A DNA stretch of 64,000 nucleotides from Lama glama (Eukaryota): positions 45,386,001 to 45,450,000 of the forward strand of contig CM052818.1 in NCBI GenBank assembly GCA_028534125.1, written 5' to 3'. Below the pieces are notes generated by a model that ran no database searches, was not told the origin of the DNA, and saw nothing but the letters and a program-made list of their open reading frames with translations. Below are positions 49,301-62,951 of the stretch, piece after piece; position 1 is the stretch's first letter, and the number at the start of each line of letters is the position of its first letter. The translations under genes were made by a program, and so were the position numbers.

Positions 49301-50959
49301 AGAGAGAAGAAAACCCTATGGCCAGCATGGAGAAGCCTGCCCCCTCCTCCTGAGCATATCCCCACAGGGACAGATTTCTGCTGGTCCACACACCTGGCCA
49401 CCCCCGTCCCAATTCACCAACCCAGGGAAGCCCTGTCTGTCACTCACCAAGCCCCTAGGACTAAAGACCAGAAATATTATGCCTGTGGGGAGATAGGGAG
49501 ACAGTGGGGGGCACTGTACATTCGCCAGTGGGCTCCCAGATTTAGGTCTTCAAGGACGGGCCTGGCTATAAATCCTGTAAAAGGTAGGCACTTGATCTAC
49601 CCAGAAGGGGAAGACAACCAGCGATGCCTAAGTGCAGCAGGTGTGCCCTCTTGGACCCTTGCCCTATCTGATGCTTATGCTAAGTGAGAAAATGCTCAGG
49701 CGTGACTTGCCAAAGGGATCATGAGTAGGGAGGAAGTGCCTCTGGTTCCAGTATCACCATCTATACCTCTTTCTGGCACCGAAAGAGCAAACTCTAATGG
49801 GTTTCATCACCCAGAGGCCTGGCCTGGAAACAGCATGCTTTCTCTACGTTGACAACATCTGGACTCCCCCGCCATCATCTGCATCCAAGCAGAAATTTTT
49901 CCAAGGGTAGTCATCTCTTCAGGTATTTTGTGGAGTGAAAAAATATCTATTATTAGAAAAACCATCTTCCAGCTTGGAAACCCATTTCTGGAGGCTCCCC
50001 TACAAGGCAGGCTCTTGGCTCAGAAGGTTGACTTTGTGCTGCTTTGCTGGAAGGTGGGCGGTGGGACAATGAGCTCCCAGCATGATGAGAACTGATTGCC
50101 TTCCCCAGCCAGCCTCCTCTTTTTCCTTTCTAATGTGATCCTGACTGTATTCAGAGTGGGAATGTGCTCAGTCCAAGGGGAGAACCAAGACTGGTATAAG
50201 AATTCATGGCAATCTGATTCCATTTGCTAGATTCTTAGTTTCTTAAGGTTCCTCACAACAAGCTACTCACATGAACACGTCTTGGACAATGAGACACATG
50301 GGGGAGTCTGCGGAGGGAGCTTTGGCCTCCCTGATGAAACAGACAGACGTGACTCATGCTATCTCATTCCTTTTTTTCTGTTTTCAGCATGGATGTGATG
50401 TTTAGACTTAAGATGGCCATTTCATAACAATAAGATGACGATCTGCAAGAGGGGAAATACAGAAGGAATCTGGACTGTCCCCTAACCCCAGTGGCATTCT
50501 TGAGCAAATGACCCAATACCACCAACTGTTCACCTCTGGATTTCTTATCATATAAGAAAAATAAGCTGCTCTTTCTACTACTTGTATTTGAAAGAATTTC
50601 TGTTTTATCTTGCATGTCTAAAATCTCTAAATTTTTCTAAAGTTGGTTTTGTAACTTTTATAGTTCCAGGGTGTTTAATCTGAGCAAGTACCATATCTGA
50701 TATGGCAGAAAGAATGTTATGTTTCATTTCAAGGTGAATGATCTAATAGAAGACCTTTAGCCCATTATGCTAGAACTCAAAAGGGCTACACACCCAGGAC
50801 TAGTGTGACCAGAAGCAATCTTCCTTTCTTCCCCCACTTTAGAGACTACAAGGACCAGTTTCTTGGCATTGAGGGGGAAAAGTTCATTTCTGGAAAGTTA
50901 CAACCCCATGCTAACCCTTGTGCAGACTGGTGGCCCACATTCACATCACCTGAAGGGTC

Positions 50960-51810
50960 CAAAAAACTTCAAGAAGCAAATTTAGAATAAGGTGATTCTG
51001 GAATAGAAGTGATCCTAGGTACATGGAAGTAAGTGCAAATCCTTTCTGGAAGAAGTCACATTCATCTCAGGCCTCAAAAAAAAAAAAAAAAGGAAGAAAG
51101 GAAAATTCCCACTAAGTAATTTTTCAAGAACAATAAGTAGCATTCTGTGAAATATAAAGAAGCACACAGGGAAATGAGGCAACAAAAGCAAGAATAAGCA
51201 GAAAAAACACAGCTAATATTTCAATGTATATTTCATATTCATATAATAGATTTATATGGGAAATTTTCATATAATAGAATAATTTCATAATTGGGAAAAA
51301 TTATAAAACTGCTTATTATGTTAAATAAAATACAAGCTTAAAAATAGTTGCAAGAAAGGGAGTACTATTAAAAATAAAACTGACCTGATAGATTTTTTAA
51401 AAAAGAATTAAATTGATTTAAAAAAAATAGGTATACGACAACTGAAATTTAAAATTCAATAGATAGGTTTACTAAGAAATTAGATATAGATGAAGAGAGA
51501 ATCAGTGAACTGGAAGGTGGGTCAGAAGAAATTATGCAAGTAACAGCACAGAGAGATTAAAAAGATGAAAATCATGAAAAAGAGGTTCAGGGACAGGAAG
51601 GATAGAGTGAGGATGTCCAAATACATTAATTGGAGTTCTGAAAGGAGAAGTAAGAGAGAAGGGGCAAAGATTGAAGATATTGTTGAAGATATTGTTGAAG
51701 AGATATTGTATATCTGAGAACTTTTCAGAACTGATGAAAGATGCCAATCCATAGATTTAAGAAGCCCAGCAAATGCTTAGGATGAAAAAAAAAGTGAAAA
51801 GGAAATTTAG
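50960..51810 (+). mobile_element. Old L1/HAL1 5' region with ORF1 remnant
   Basis: gaagagagaatcagtgaactggaag..gtcagaagaaatt (EERISELE..SEEI) and ctgagaacttttcagaactgatgaaaga (ENFSELMKD) are L1 ORF1p motifs. Confidence 0.75.
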
Positions 51811-52939
51811 ATATTGAGTGCCCATGATAGCTCTGTCTCTTACTGGCAGGTTAGCCCAAAGATATGTCCAAGGGATTGATATTACTCAGCCATTCCTGGG
51901 ACATGGAGCTCCTGCCAGGGGATGAGCAAAGCAAGTGCAATGACAATAACTGCTTCTGCAAAACCCATCCCTTCTTTCCTGGCCTCAGTCTGCTGAGGTC
52001 CATGATCAGAGTGGCAGCCAAGGTGTCAATACATCTGATCTTCCACTGTTTGTTATTTATAGCACAAAAGAGTTGAAGAATATGGTGGGAACCCCATTCC
52101 TCCAAGGCTAGATTAATTTATTATTAAGAAGTCTAGTATGAATCCATTGTTTCCCCTGCTCTGCCCTTTAACTTAGTCTCCATGTCCACCTTTGTATTGC
52201 CAGCACTTAGGATTTGATAATAAACATTCTGAGAACTCTTGTCCGGTAAAAAGACTTATTGAGAAAAGTTTAATCTTGTAAATTCTTTGAATATCAAAGC
52301 TTAGGTCTGATGTAGTACAATATCTCATTTTACGAAACTGGAGGCCAGAGAAAGAAGGGAACAAAAAGGAGTCTGCAGCAAGGCAAGCCTGGGCCAGGGT
52401 CTCTAACTCGCGATCCAGGATGTGCTCCATCACTCAGCTGCTCACTTCTCAGAGAATGAGGAGGATGGTGATTTCATTCTCGGGTATGGTATTTCAACAA
52501 TAGTTTGTTATAGCACGTACCAGGGTGTGTGAAAGAGAAGATTCCCCAAAGCTTCTCAGGGGTGACATTGAAATACAGATATAGACACCCCAACAGATCA
52601 AAACAGCCCCAGTTACATAACTGCGACAGCAAATGGTGAATCATTGCCGCGTAATGGAAAAATCAGATTGGTCACTAGGAAAAGTAAAAGGATCACTGCG
52701 GTGAGTCACCGGGCCCACCCTCCTGTGGAGTCTCCGAAACGCTACACCTACTGGTTGATTCAGAGTCTGGGCTTTGTCTTTTTTTCATCCACATCGATGT
52801 TTCGATATTTCACAACGGAGCTTCGCAAGTGATGTAAATTTCCAAAGAAGGTTGAGCCAAAGCTCTTCAATCTGTCTCTGGACTGTTTTGATGAGTGGGC
52901 TCTGCACTTACACCAGAGGAAGATGATAGCTTAAAACGT

Positions 52940-53160
52940 AATATTAATAGCTAATGTTATTGGGTGCCTACTGTGTTCCAAAAGGACACTCAGACTCTTG
53001 AGATTCATTATCCTGATTAGCCCTCATAACAACTCTGTGAGACAGACATTGTCCCCATTTCATAGATGAGAGAACTGATGCTAAGAAGAATCAGGAACCT
53101 GCCCAGAATCTCAGTAGGAAATCACAGAGATGGAATTCATCCCAGGCAAATCCGCCCTAA
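52940..53160 (-). mobile_element. MIR SINE
   Basis: aatagctaatgttattgggtgcctactgtg...ccccatttcatagatgagagaactga. Confidence 0.8.
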
Positions 53161-54269
53161 GGCTATCCCTCTTTCTAAAGAATGAAAGGCCTCCTTTGTG
53201 ATGTAAAAGAAAGGCAGACCTCCAGGTGGTGGTTGTCACAGGAAAGAATGGAGAGGGAGTGGAGAGGGCCCTGCTTCGCCAGGGCTCCCAAAGTCTCTGC
53301 AGTAGGGGTGGGTTTCCCCCTTCGGTAGATTGGAAGAGTTGAGATGGGGGAAGAAAAGCAAGCACAGCTCTTGGAAGAGGCATTCTTGTTCAGTTCAGTT
53401 TGCTCAGGTGAGCAAGGCTTCCACTGATCTGTTACTCCTTTGGTAGACCGTGTTTTAACTCAGCCATCCACGACCATGTGCAAAGTTCTGGAAGGCCACT
53501 TTTTATTCAGCAATGCTGAGGAGCACTTAGACGGAGGTCTCCCGGCAGTCCCCTGCTCTGGCCTATACTGCATAATGGAAACTCACCCAGAATAACATTT
53601 TTCAAAGAAGCTGCTCACTTGGCAGCCTGGGTGGGGAGGATTACCTCTTCCTCAGGCAGTTCCAGCTGAGCCACATGAAGACAAATTATTTTGATGGCCT
53701 GAAGAATGATTCACTTATTTATATTATACATCACTGGTATGACCCACTTCCTCAACCACATTTCTTTAATATTCAAATTTGTCAGCTGAGCATGCATCAA
53801 CCAATTTCCCAGGAGCCTCATAGACTCAGTCCAGAAGGGCCAGACCTTCCACCTCCAGTTGTAGAGAAGTAAGGACCCGACCCAGGTTCCCTCTTGCAGT
53901 GGTTTCATCACAGACTTGAAGGATCATGGTCTAGTAGCACGGGTCTCACTCAGTCTAATGGTTCTCCCCCTGCTGGGCTGGAGGTGGTTCCACAGGGTAC
54001 CAGAGAGGAGAAGGGGTCTTTGCCTGTGTCCACTCAGCTGTGACCACCCCTCAACTCTCTGGTGACAGGGGCGCCACGGCCTCCCTCAGGAGTGTGCCAG
54101 ACCAAGGCCACCTGTGCCAGCCCTCACCTGGATCCCTGGGTCCCAGCCCCTCCCACCTTTCACAGTCTCAGTCGCATTGGGCAGTGGCCAGGTCAACAAT
54201 GTGTTCTCGTTGGAGCTTGTCTCTCCCACCGTCAGAGGCTCATGTGATGCTGAACTTCACCTGCCGCAC

Positions 54270-56110
54270 TCCATACACTTACAGAGATCGACTCAAAAAG
54301 GACTGGAGATCCAGGTGTGAAAGGTGAAAAAGCAAAGCCTTCAGAAGACATCCTCATGGTCTTGGGATTAGCAAAGACCTCTTACACAAAACACAAAAAG
54401 CACTAACCATAGAGGGAGGAAACCAATTCACTGGACTCACCTAAAACTAAGAACTGCCGTTCATCAAGTGGCACCATTAAGACAGTGAAAAGGCCAGCCG
54501 CAGAGCAGAAGTCATCTGCCATATGTACACCTTTTTTTAACTGAAGTGTCCTTGATTTGCCATGTTGTGTTAATTTCAGGTGCACAGCAAAGTAATTCAT
54601 TTATACATATATATATATGAATATGAATATACATAGTCTTTTTCAGATTCTTTTCCATTATAGGTTATTATAAGTAACTGAATATAGTTCCCTGTGCCAT
54701 ACAGTAGGTCCTTGTTGTTTAGCTATTTCATATACAGTAGTGTGTATCTGTTAATCCCAAACTCCTAATTTATCCCTCCCCTTCCCCTTTCCCCTTTGGT
54801 AACCATAGTTTTTTTTCTAATGTCTATGAGTCTATTGCTGGTTTATAAATAAGTTAATTTGTGTCATTTTTTTTAAGATTCTACATGTGATATCATTTGT
54901 CTTTCTCTGGCTGACTTACTTCACTTAGTATGATAATTTCTAGGTCTATCCATGTCACTGCAAATGGCATTATTTCATTGTTTTTTATGGCTGAGTAGTA
55001 TTCCATTAAATATATATAAATATATAAATATGTATATACACACACATGCACACCCCCCCCACATCTTCTTTATCCAGTCATCTGTCAATGGACATTAAGA
55101 TTGCTTCCATGTCTTGGCTATTGTAAACAGTGCTGCTGTTTTGAACATTGGAGTGCATGTATCTTTTCAAATTAGAATTTTCTCCAGATATATGTGCAGG
55201 AGTGGGTTTTCTGGATCATATGGTAAATCAATTTTTAGTTTTTTAAGGAACTTCCATACTGTTCTCCACAGTGCCATACATATTTCTCACAAAGGGCATG
55301 TACTCAGGAAAAATTTTTTTTCAATTCCCACAAACCGATACTTATCAGACAAACCAATAGAAAAATAAGCAAAGGACGTGGACAGGCTCTCCTCCAAAGA
55401 ATAAACCCAATTGCCAGTAAGCAAATGAAAATAATGTTTGACTGCATTAGCCATCAGGGACATGCAAGTAAAACCACACAAGAAGACAGACAGTACCCCG
55501 AGTGGATGAGGACGCAGGGCAACTGGACCTGTCATAACCTGTTGTTGGGAGGTGAAAAGGGGAAAATCATTGGGGGAGACTGCTCAGCAGGATCAAGTGA
55601 ACTGGACAGAGGCTGAGTTCTCGTCCAGCAATTCCACTCCCAGGACGTGCCTGACACGTGCCCGACAACACTACACACATGTGCATGGAAGCATGTGACA
55701 GAATACTCACAGGAGTCCAAACTGAGAGTGACCCAAGTGCCTATGGATAAACTGAGGTGTAGTCACACAGCGAAACAGAACACAGCAAGGAGCATGAGCT
55801 GCTGACTCTCGTAACCACGTGTGCAAGACACAGACATGATGCTGAGCAGAAGCAGCGGGGGCAAGAGAGAACCTGCTGCTTGCTTTTCTATACATGCAGC
55901 TCAAGTGCAGTAGAAACGGGTCTTCGGGGTAAGGAGAGTGGTTCCCCTTGGGAGAGTGAGTGACTGGGAAGGGGCATGAAGTGGCTTCTGGAACATTCTT
56001 CATCTTGCTCTGAGTGATGGTTTCACCTTTGGAAAGTTCATGGAGTTGTTCCCTAACAATTTGTGCACTTCTCTGATGCAGGTTATAGTCAATGAAAGAT
56101 TTTCTTAAAC
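54270..56110 (+). mobile_element. Old L1M (ORF2 end/3'UTR), interrupted by a younger L1
   Basis: aaaacacaaaaagcactaaccata, aaaccaatagaaaaataagcaaaggac, ccagcaattccactcccagg. Confidence 0.75.
54532..55271 (-). mobile_element. Relatively young 5'-truncated L1
   Basis: Poly-T start; strongly similar to 12869-13653; degenerate TSD tgccata.. at ~54517 and 55272. Confidence 0.9.
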
Positions 56111-56428
56111 AAAATAACAGGGAAAGGTCAAGGTCTCCATTCCCTGTCTTCCAGGAGGTGTCTCCCTGTTTATGAATTTGCCCACCTGCTCACCCCTACT
56201 GTGATCTTGAACTTTGTGCTTCAAGGATTATTTCCAGGAACAGGCTTTGTCCAGTCAACGAACATCTGTGACTCTTCCGTGTGTCATTCTGGGCCAGCCC
56301 CCCCGGGTCCTTTGCCCAGAATAAGGGATGTGCTTTGCTTTTCCTGCTAGAGGAGCATCTGGCAGCTGGAAAACAACAGCTTCTCTCACCAAAGCAAACA
56401 GCAAACAAGTTTTGCCTCATATCCTGCT

Positions 56429-56429
56429 A

Positions 56430-56462
<33 letters not shown>

Positions 56463-56492
56463 ACACACTGTGTACACACACACACACATACA
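56429..56492. repeat. Imperfect (CA)n microsatellite
   Basis: Interrupted AC run. Confidence 0.95.
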
Positions 56493-56664
56493 CGCTGCTC
56501 TCTGAATATCCAAGCACTGCAAACCCATTAAAAACATTTAGAAAACAGAGGAAAGAATAAAGGAGAAAATAAAAATCATCCATAATCCCATTGCCCAAAG
56601 ACAAAGGGAGTTATCATTTTGTCATGTTTTCTTCCAGTCTTTTTCACACATACATTTTATGAAT

Positions 56665-58040
56665 ACATTTTTAACTGCTTAATTGAGGTATAATTTTATG
56701 CACAGTAAAAGTCACCTGTGAGTGTGAAATTCAATGAGTTTTAGTAAATTTACAGAGTTGTGTAACCACTGGCCACCACAACTGAATTTTAAAGCATTTC
56801 CATCCCCTTCAAAGGAACCCTGGTGAACATATGGTAACAGACCCCATTCCCACTCCTGACCCCAGGCAACCATCCATGTGCTTATCGTGTCTATAAATTT
56901 GTCCTTTCTAGACATTTCACAGAAATGGAATTATCCAGTTTGAAGTTTTCTGCAGCTAGCTTATCTTACCATCAGTTTTTTGAGGTTCATCCATGTTGTA
57001 GCAGTAGTTGCTTTTTTGGTTGAATAATATTTCAATGTACAAATAGACCACATCCTGTTTATCCATTTATCTGCTGATGATCATTTGGATTTCCTCCATG
57101 TGGGGCAACTATGAATAATGCTGCTATAAAAGATTATGCACAACTTTTTGTATAGCCATTTTTTAAAAAATTTCTCTTGGGTAGTTCCCAGGAGGGGAAT
57201 TTCTGGGTTATACGGTAAATTTATGTTTAACTTTCTAAGAAACTGAAAAACTACATTTTTTTAAAGTTTCAGCATACATTCCCACCAGCCATGTTGACAC
57301 TTAGCTACACACACAAGTTTTTAAAATTACAGTCAGTGTAAAGTGGGATCTCGGTGTGAAATGGTTTTAATTAGCATTTTCCTACGGACTCATGAACCTT
57401 TTGCATCTTTTTTGGTGAAATGTGTACTCAAATATTTGGCCTATTTTTTAATTGGGCTGTTTGTCTCCTTATTGAGTTATGTGTTCTGGATGCAAGTCCT
57501 TTATCAGACAGACGACTGACAAACACTTTTCCTCCTGTCTGTGGCTTGTCTTTTCATCTTCCTAATAGTGTCTTTTAAAGCACAAAAGATTTTAATTTGG
57601 TGATGAAGTCTAATTTATCAGTTTTTTTCTTTTACCACTTGTGTTTTTGGTATTGTCTCTAAGAACTGTTTGCTTAGCCCAAGGTCACAAAGATTTTGTG
57701 CTGTTTTCTCCTAAAAATTTTAAGCTCTTATACATACATCTACAATCTATTTTGAGTTAATTTTTGTGTAAGGTGTCTGCTAACAACCTAAATTCATCTT
57801 CTGGCACATGAATATATAATTATTCCAGCACATTTGCTGAAACACCATTCTTTCCTATCATATACACATACATATCCTATGCCAGGACTATGCTGTCTTA
57901 ATTTATTGTAACTTTATAATAAGTTTTGAAATCCGGAAGCATGAGTTCTCCAACTGTGTTCTTCTTCAAAATTGTTTTGGCTAGTTTGAGTTCTTTGCAT
58001 TTCCATATAAATTTTAGGATTAGCTTGTCAATTTCTGCAG
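56665..58040 (-). mobile_element. Old L1 (L1MB/MC-like) 3' portion
   Basis: taattgaggtataatt, aattcaatgagttttagtaaatttacagagttgtgtaacc, ttgcatttccatataaattttaggattagcttgtcaatttctgca. Confidence 0.85.
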
Positions 58041-58179
58041 GTAGATGGGTCAAAGTGCGCCTGCGTAGGATGGTACAAGTCTCACCAGACAGCAGCTGTG
58101 TGCCCCTGGCAGGCTCCGCACCCTCTTGGGGCTCCTTGTAAGGCCAAAGGCTTGGACTAGATTGGGAGTCCCCAGAACC

Positions 58180-58300
58180 TAATGTCCCAAACAGTCCTCC
58201 CTCTAGGAACTTTGTTACAAGTCAAACTCCTGATCCCAGCCCCAGAGGTTCTGACCCAGAGGGCCTGTGGCGGGGTCCAGGAGTCTATATTTTTAATGAC
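58180..58300. mobile_element. MER5-like hAT MITE fragment
   Basis: ccccagaggttctgacccagagggcctgtggcggggtccaggagtctatatttttaa. Confidence 0.6.
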
Positions 58301-60149
58301 AGACCACCAAGGTGTGAGGCTTAGTGGGTGTGTATACGGGACGACTGTCCCCCAGTGTTCTGCTGTGCCCCAGGTCCCAGCCTGGGAGTCCCTTTAGAAG
58401 TGGCCTCCTCTGCTCTCCAGGAGGCCCCCCCAACAGCCACGTGCATACTGCAGGGGTGGATAACAAGGAGCCACCAGACCCAGAGGGGGAGGGGGCAGGT
58501 GTTGTAAGCGGGGAGGGTCTGCGGCCTCACTGAGCCTCAGTTCCCCTGTTGGCCTGCCTCACAGGTGGTGCTAATGTGAGGGTCTGAGCCACCCCCCGGC
58601 GAGTGAGGGGCAGCCCACATCAGCCCTGGTGCTGAGCCTCCAGGGAAAAAGGCCAGAGAAGCACTCATGTGGGGGCCAAGCAGAGGCTGGACTTCCAGGT
58701 AGCTGTAGGGACTGAGCTGGGAGTCAGGCTGGGAGCAGCGCCCTCGGTGCCCCTTGCATTCGCCTGGCCCCGGGCCGTGGTGATGCCCTCTAAGGCTGTT
58801 GGGGGCCCAGGGCCCGTTTGAATTGAGTGGCCCCCAAGGGCCAGTTTCTCCCCCTTTCCACAGTGATGGAGACCCCAGGGACCAACTCAGAAGTGCCACA
58901 CCTCAGAAACCTACACTGACCAGAAAGGGAGGTCGAGACAGGCAAGGCTGATCCCGGACTCCAGCCATCTTCGTCTGTCTGAGCTAGAGATTTATGCAAA
59001 CTACAAGTGAGGTCAGAGCATCCGTGAACGTGAGCATCGTCTAGTCCAAAGTGCCCATTTTATAGATAAGCAAACTGAGGCAGATCAGCTGAGTGCAGGA
59101 CGTCAGGTTCCCGAATCACTTCTGCTCAGCTGTGGTCTGAGGCCGAGGAGTTTTGACTTCACACTGGTTTTTCAGTCCCTTTAGGCTGGTTTGTGGCCTT
59201 ATCCTCCTGGGTGCTCTCCTTAAAACACACCTGGCTGAGGAAGTTCTGGCGGAGGCTCTGGGGAGAGCGGCTGTGAAAGGAGTTTCCCTTCTCCCATAGC
59301 CCTCAGTTCAGCCTTGATGAAACAGTGTGTGCGATGCCACTGACCTCGGCCAGCCCAGAGGGAAGGCAAACAAACACTATCTACCGTGAGGCCAGTTTTG
59401 GACTGAGGGTTTCCACCTGGGGACAGCCAGCATCTTTTTCTAGCCCTTGCCCTCTTCCAACCCGACTCTCTACCTGCAACCTCAGCCCAGGCCTTCCAGA
59501 CCACCCCTTCCCGCCCACATCAGGGCAGCCTCAGGGTGCCCCCTTTGCGGGACAGGCTATGCAGAGAGGGAGGGAGAGAGAGAAGGGGAGGGGGAGGGCT
59601 GGGCCTGGAGGGGGTGCCTCTGTCCTCAAGCGCTCCACAGATGCAGCCATTGGCACTTGCAGCTTTTTGCAAATCCTGCAATATCACCTTTTAATTGCTT
59701 AACTTTCTGCATTCGTTCACTTTATTTAGACTAGCCTGGGGCTCTCCAGTCTGGCATATTAGAGAACTTCTTACTTTTTTTTAATAATAATACTTAGCAT
59801 TTATGTAGTGCGTTTCATGTTCAAAGTACTTTACAGAGTTCACTAATTAATCGGAACGCTAACTGCCACCCTGGGCAGGTCTGACCAAGTTCTCAGGCTC
59901 CTAATTGTGGGGGGTGTAATTCTTCCTGTGGCCCGACCCCCGTTCCTCTCTGGACCCCCATTTCCATCTGCAGCAGAGACCCTGGGCCTTCGGGCACGGC
60001 TTGGCCCTGTGTGCTGAGCCATGCCCAGGGCAGGGGACAGGGAGCTGGGTCAGACAGGCTGCCTGCTCTGGGAGCCGTTTGAGCAGTGAGGGGAACAGAC
60101 CGAGTGCACATGAGGCTCGTGTGAGGTGGACACCATAGGGGAGAGAAGT

Positions 60150-60900
60150 GGCAGGGTGGGAAGGATCGGTGGGGAGAACAAAGGACATGCCACCCGTGGG
60201 CCTCCTGGAGCAGGATTCCTGGGAGGACAAAGATTTGAGGCGTGAAACAATCTCCAGGTAGGAGAGGCAGGAAGGGCATCTTAAGCAGAAGGAACAGCCT
60301 GGGCAAAGAGGTGGCGTTGAGAAGTGGGAGTTCAGTGCTGAAATGGGGAGGGAGGAGCAGATGGGCACGGAGGCCCAGGGCCAGGCTGCCGGGGGCTGAA
60401 AGGCCAGCAGAGGAACAGTGAAATGCAGAAGCCTGAACTGGGACAGACAGAAAGAAGGACAGACCCTGGAGTCATCTGGCGGGAGACGACTGCGAATGGA
60501 TGTGTGGGTCCAGGGCTTGGAGGAGGTTTGGAGAGGTCTGGAAAGAGCTAGACTTGGACATCTCTGGGGTCCAGGTGGCATGTGAGACCTGAAAGTGTCT
60601 GTGTTCTCTGTAACATCAGCATTTAAGAGATGATTGAGGAAGAGGGCTGAGGCAGGAGAACAGAGTGGGTCAAGTTCAGAGCAAGGTCAGAACAAGGTCA
60701 GCTGGACAGAAGCTACCACTGAAGTGGAAGGAGGAGAAGTTCAGGACAGGGATGGTGCGGCAAGGCCAGGAAAGGAGGCCTGCCTGAAAGGATCGATTGC
60801 GTTTGGCCCCCAGGAGACCAAAAACCAGATGAGAAGAGGGTCAGAGGGCAGAATGCATGGACAAAGAAGGGTCAGCTGGTGCGGGCAGCAGGAGTGTAAA
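60150..60900 (-). mobile_element. L2 fragments
   Basis: Purine-rich antisense L2 pattern (catcagcatttaagagatgattgaggaagagg, ggatcgattgcgtttggc). Confidence 0.45.
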
Positions 60901-62091
60901 GGGAAGAGGTGAGCCGTCTGGGGCGGGGGCCAGGGGGCTGCAGAAGAGCCCAGTGGGGGTCCGCTTTCCACCTTGAGGTGTGTGATGGTGCACATCGGAG
61001 TGGAGGGGCTTCCCACCTGTGGATGCTGGCTGCCCTGGTGAAGGAGGACCAGAGCCCTTCCACGTGGACCCAGCCCTGCACCAGGGGCCATGAGCTGCCC
61101 TGGACCTGGCCAGTGCCCTTTAGGAGTAACCCGCGGGCCGTCAGGATGGGGGGCAGGTTTGCTGCTGCAGAGGCTTGTTGTCAGCACCTCAGGGACCAGC
61201 TGTGCCCTGAGATGGTTCCCATGTTCTTTCCAACTCCTCCTGGGTGGGGTGGGGGGAGGCTAATGGTCCAGCTGGGGCACCCTGCCCTCCCCAGGGGCTC
61301 CCGTGAGGACAGGGCTCAGCCACTTTGCTCAAGCTCCATCCCAGCCCAGACACCTGCTCTGTCAGGAGTCACTGAGGGAAGCAGCCCCAGCCCCACTCCC
61401 AGTCGACCCCTGGAGTGGGGCGAGCCAAGGGCTTAAGCAGCCTGCCTTAGCTTCCAATTCCCAGTTCTCTACCCCCACTCCAGAGGGTCGAACTAGGGCC
61501 CAGAGGGGACTGGAGCACCAGCTCTTACTTCCCACAGACCAGATGCACTCACAGCTGAATGCAACCCCACCTGAAGCTGGCTCGGGTCTCTGGTCTGAGC
61601 AGATGGGGGGGAACAGGGGAGAATCTGAAGATGAGCTGGAGAGAGGGGCCCTGTAGCTGGAGGCTGGGTCCTGTGCAGTTCTGCCCTGGCTGGGGACAGC
61701 GGCAGTGCCAGCCCCTCCACTTTATGACCAGGGGACGTCCCGGATGTAGAAAGACAGGGACTGCAGGTGGGGAAGGAGAGGAAAGGCACCTGGAGGAGAA
61801 GGGGCAAAGGCAGAGGAGCTGTCCGGTGCGTCTGTCTGACAGTCCTGGAGGACAACAAAGTGGGGCAGGAAAGGAGGCGCTGACTCCTGCGGGCTGGGGC
61901 TCCGCCAGGTCTGTGGCAACTGGGAGACGTTGCTGCCCCGAGGGAGGGAGGTTCTCCGTCTCCACTCAGGGCTCTGACTAAGGGGGTGCTCAGGGCCCAG
62001 GCCCAGCAGCCTCCCAAGCTTGCAAGTCCCCAGGGCTGGGAAGGAGAGGAAAGTTAATTGAACAGCTAATAGGTAACAAGCTCCGGGCCAA

Positions 62092-62310
62092 ATAATAATA
62101 AACTTTTACTGAGCACTGTGCTGGGCACGCCCCTTAGCTCTTTAACATGAAGTGGCTCATTTAAATTTCACTGCGGGCCTGTGAGAGAGGTGCCACCAGT
62201 GTCGTCCCCACTTTACAGATGGGAAAACTGAGGCGGGCTACGTTCAGTAGTATCCAAGGCCACGGCACCAGGACTGAAGCCAGGGCTGTACTTTGGATGC
62301 CGCTTTCCAC
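62092..62310 (-). mobile_element. MIR SINE
   Basis: ttttactgagcactgtgctgggcac...ccccactttacagatgggaaaactgaggc. Confidence 0.8.
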
Positions 62311-62821
62311 CAATGTAGGATGCAGGATGCCCAGGCTCAGGACGCCCAGAGGATGTAGGGTCTGTGTGGTGTATGTGTGTGTATGTGAGGGTGTGAGGGT
62401 GTGCGTCCAGAACAACTTACTCCTCACCCAGTCGTGGGCTTCCTCACCAGCAAAATGCGTACTTCAGGCCAGAAGTGAGTGTTAACAGCCTTTTAATCAC
62501 AAGCTCTTACTCCATGGAAATCTTACATGGGCTCCTCAAGATAGAAAACATCAAAAAGGAATGCTTCCACGCAGGAGCCAGAGCTGGCTGGACTTCTTTG
62601 GCCCCCCCTGGACGACACCAGACACCCGGGGAGGGACCTTGAGTCAGGCAGGGCACCTTGTGCTTTCAAGACCCGGGCTGGCGCTGAGAAATAGCTAACA
62701 TCCGTGCCAAATTGTTACCTTCTTCGAATGTAACGTGTGCTCACAAACCAGAAAGTAAATGAGCAAGTCACAGCCTACAAACTAGACAGGAACAGCCCCA
62801 ACGCAAAGGTTAACCTTTCTC

Positions 62822-62951
62822 TTCTTTTCTTTTCTTTTCTTTTTTTTTTTAACTGAAGTACAGTCCATTTACAATGTTGTGTTAGTTTCTGGTGTACAAT
62901 ACAGTGATTCAGTTATACATATACATTCCTTTTCATATTCTTTTTCATTAC
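62822..62951 (-). mobile_element. Very short L1 3' end with T-rich tail
   Basis: ttttaactgaagtacagtccatttacaatgttgtgttagtttctggtgtaca..cagtgattcagttatacat is the same family as 12869 and 54532. Confidence 0.85.

Noticed and set aside
49470..49530. KYYACGEIGRQW resembling a CCHC zinc knuckle of gag
   Set aside because: Only one of the four zinc ligands is present and I recognise no other gag motifs nearby; probably chance.
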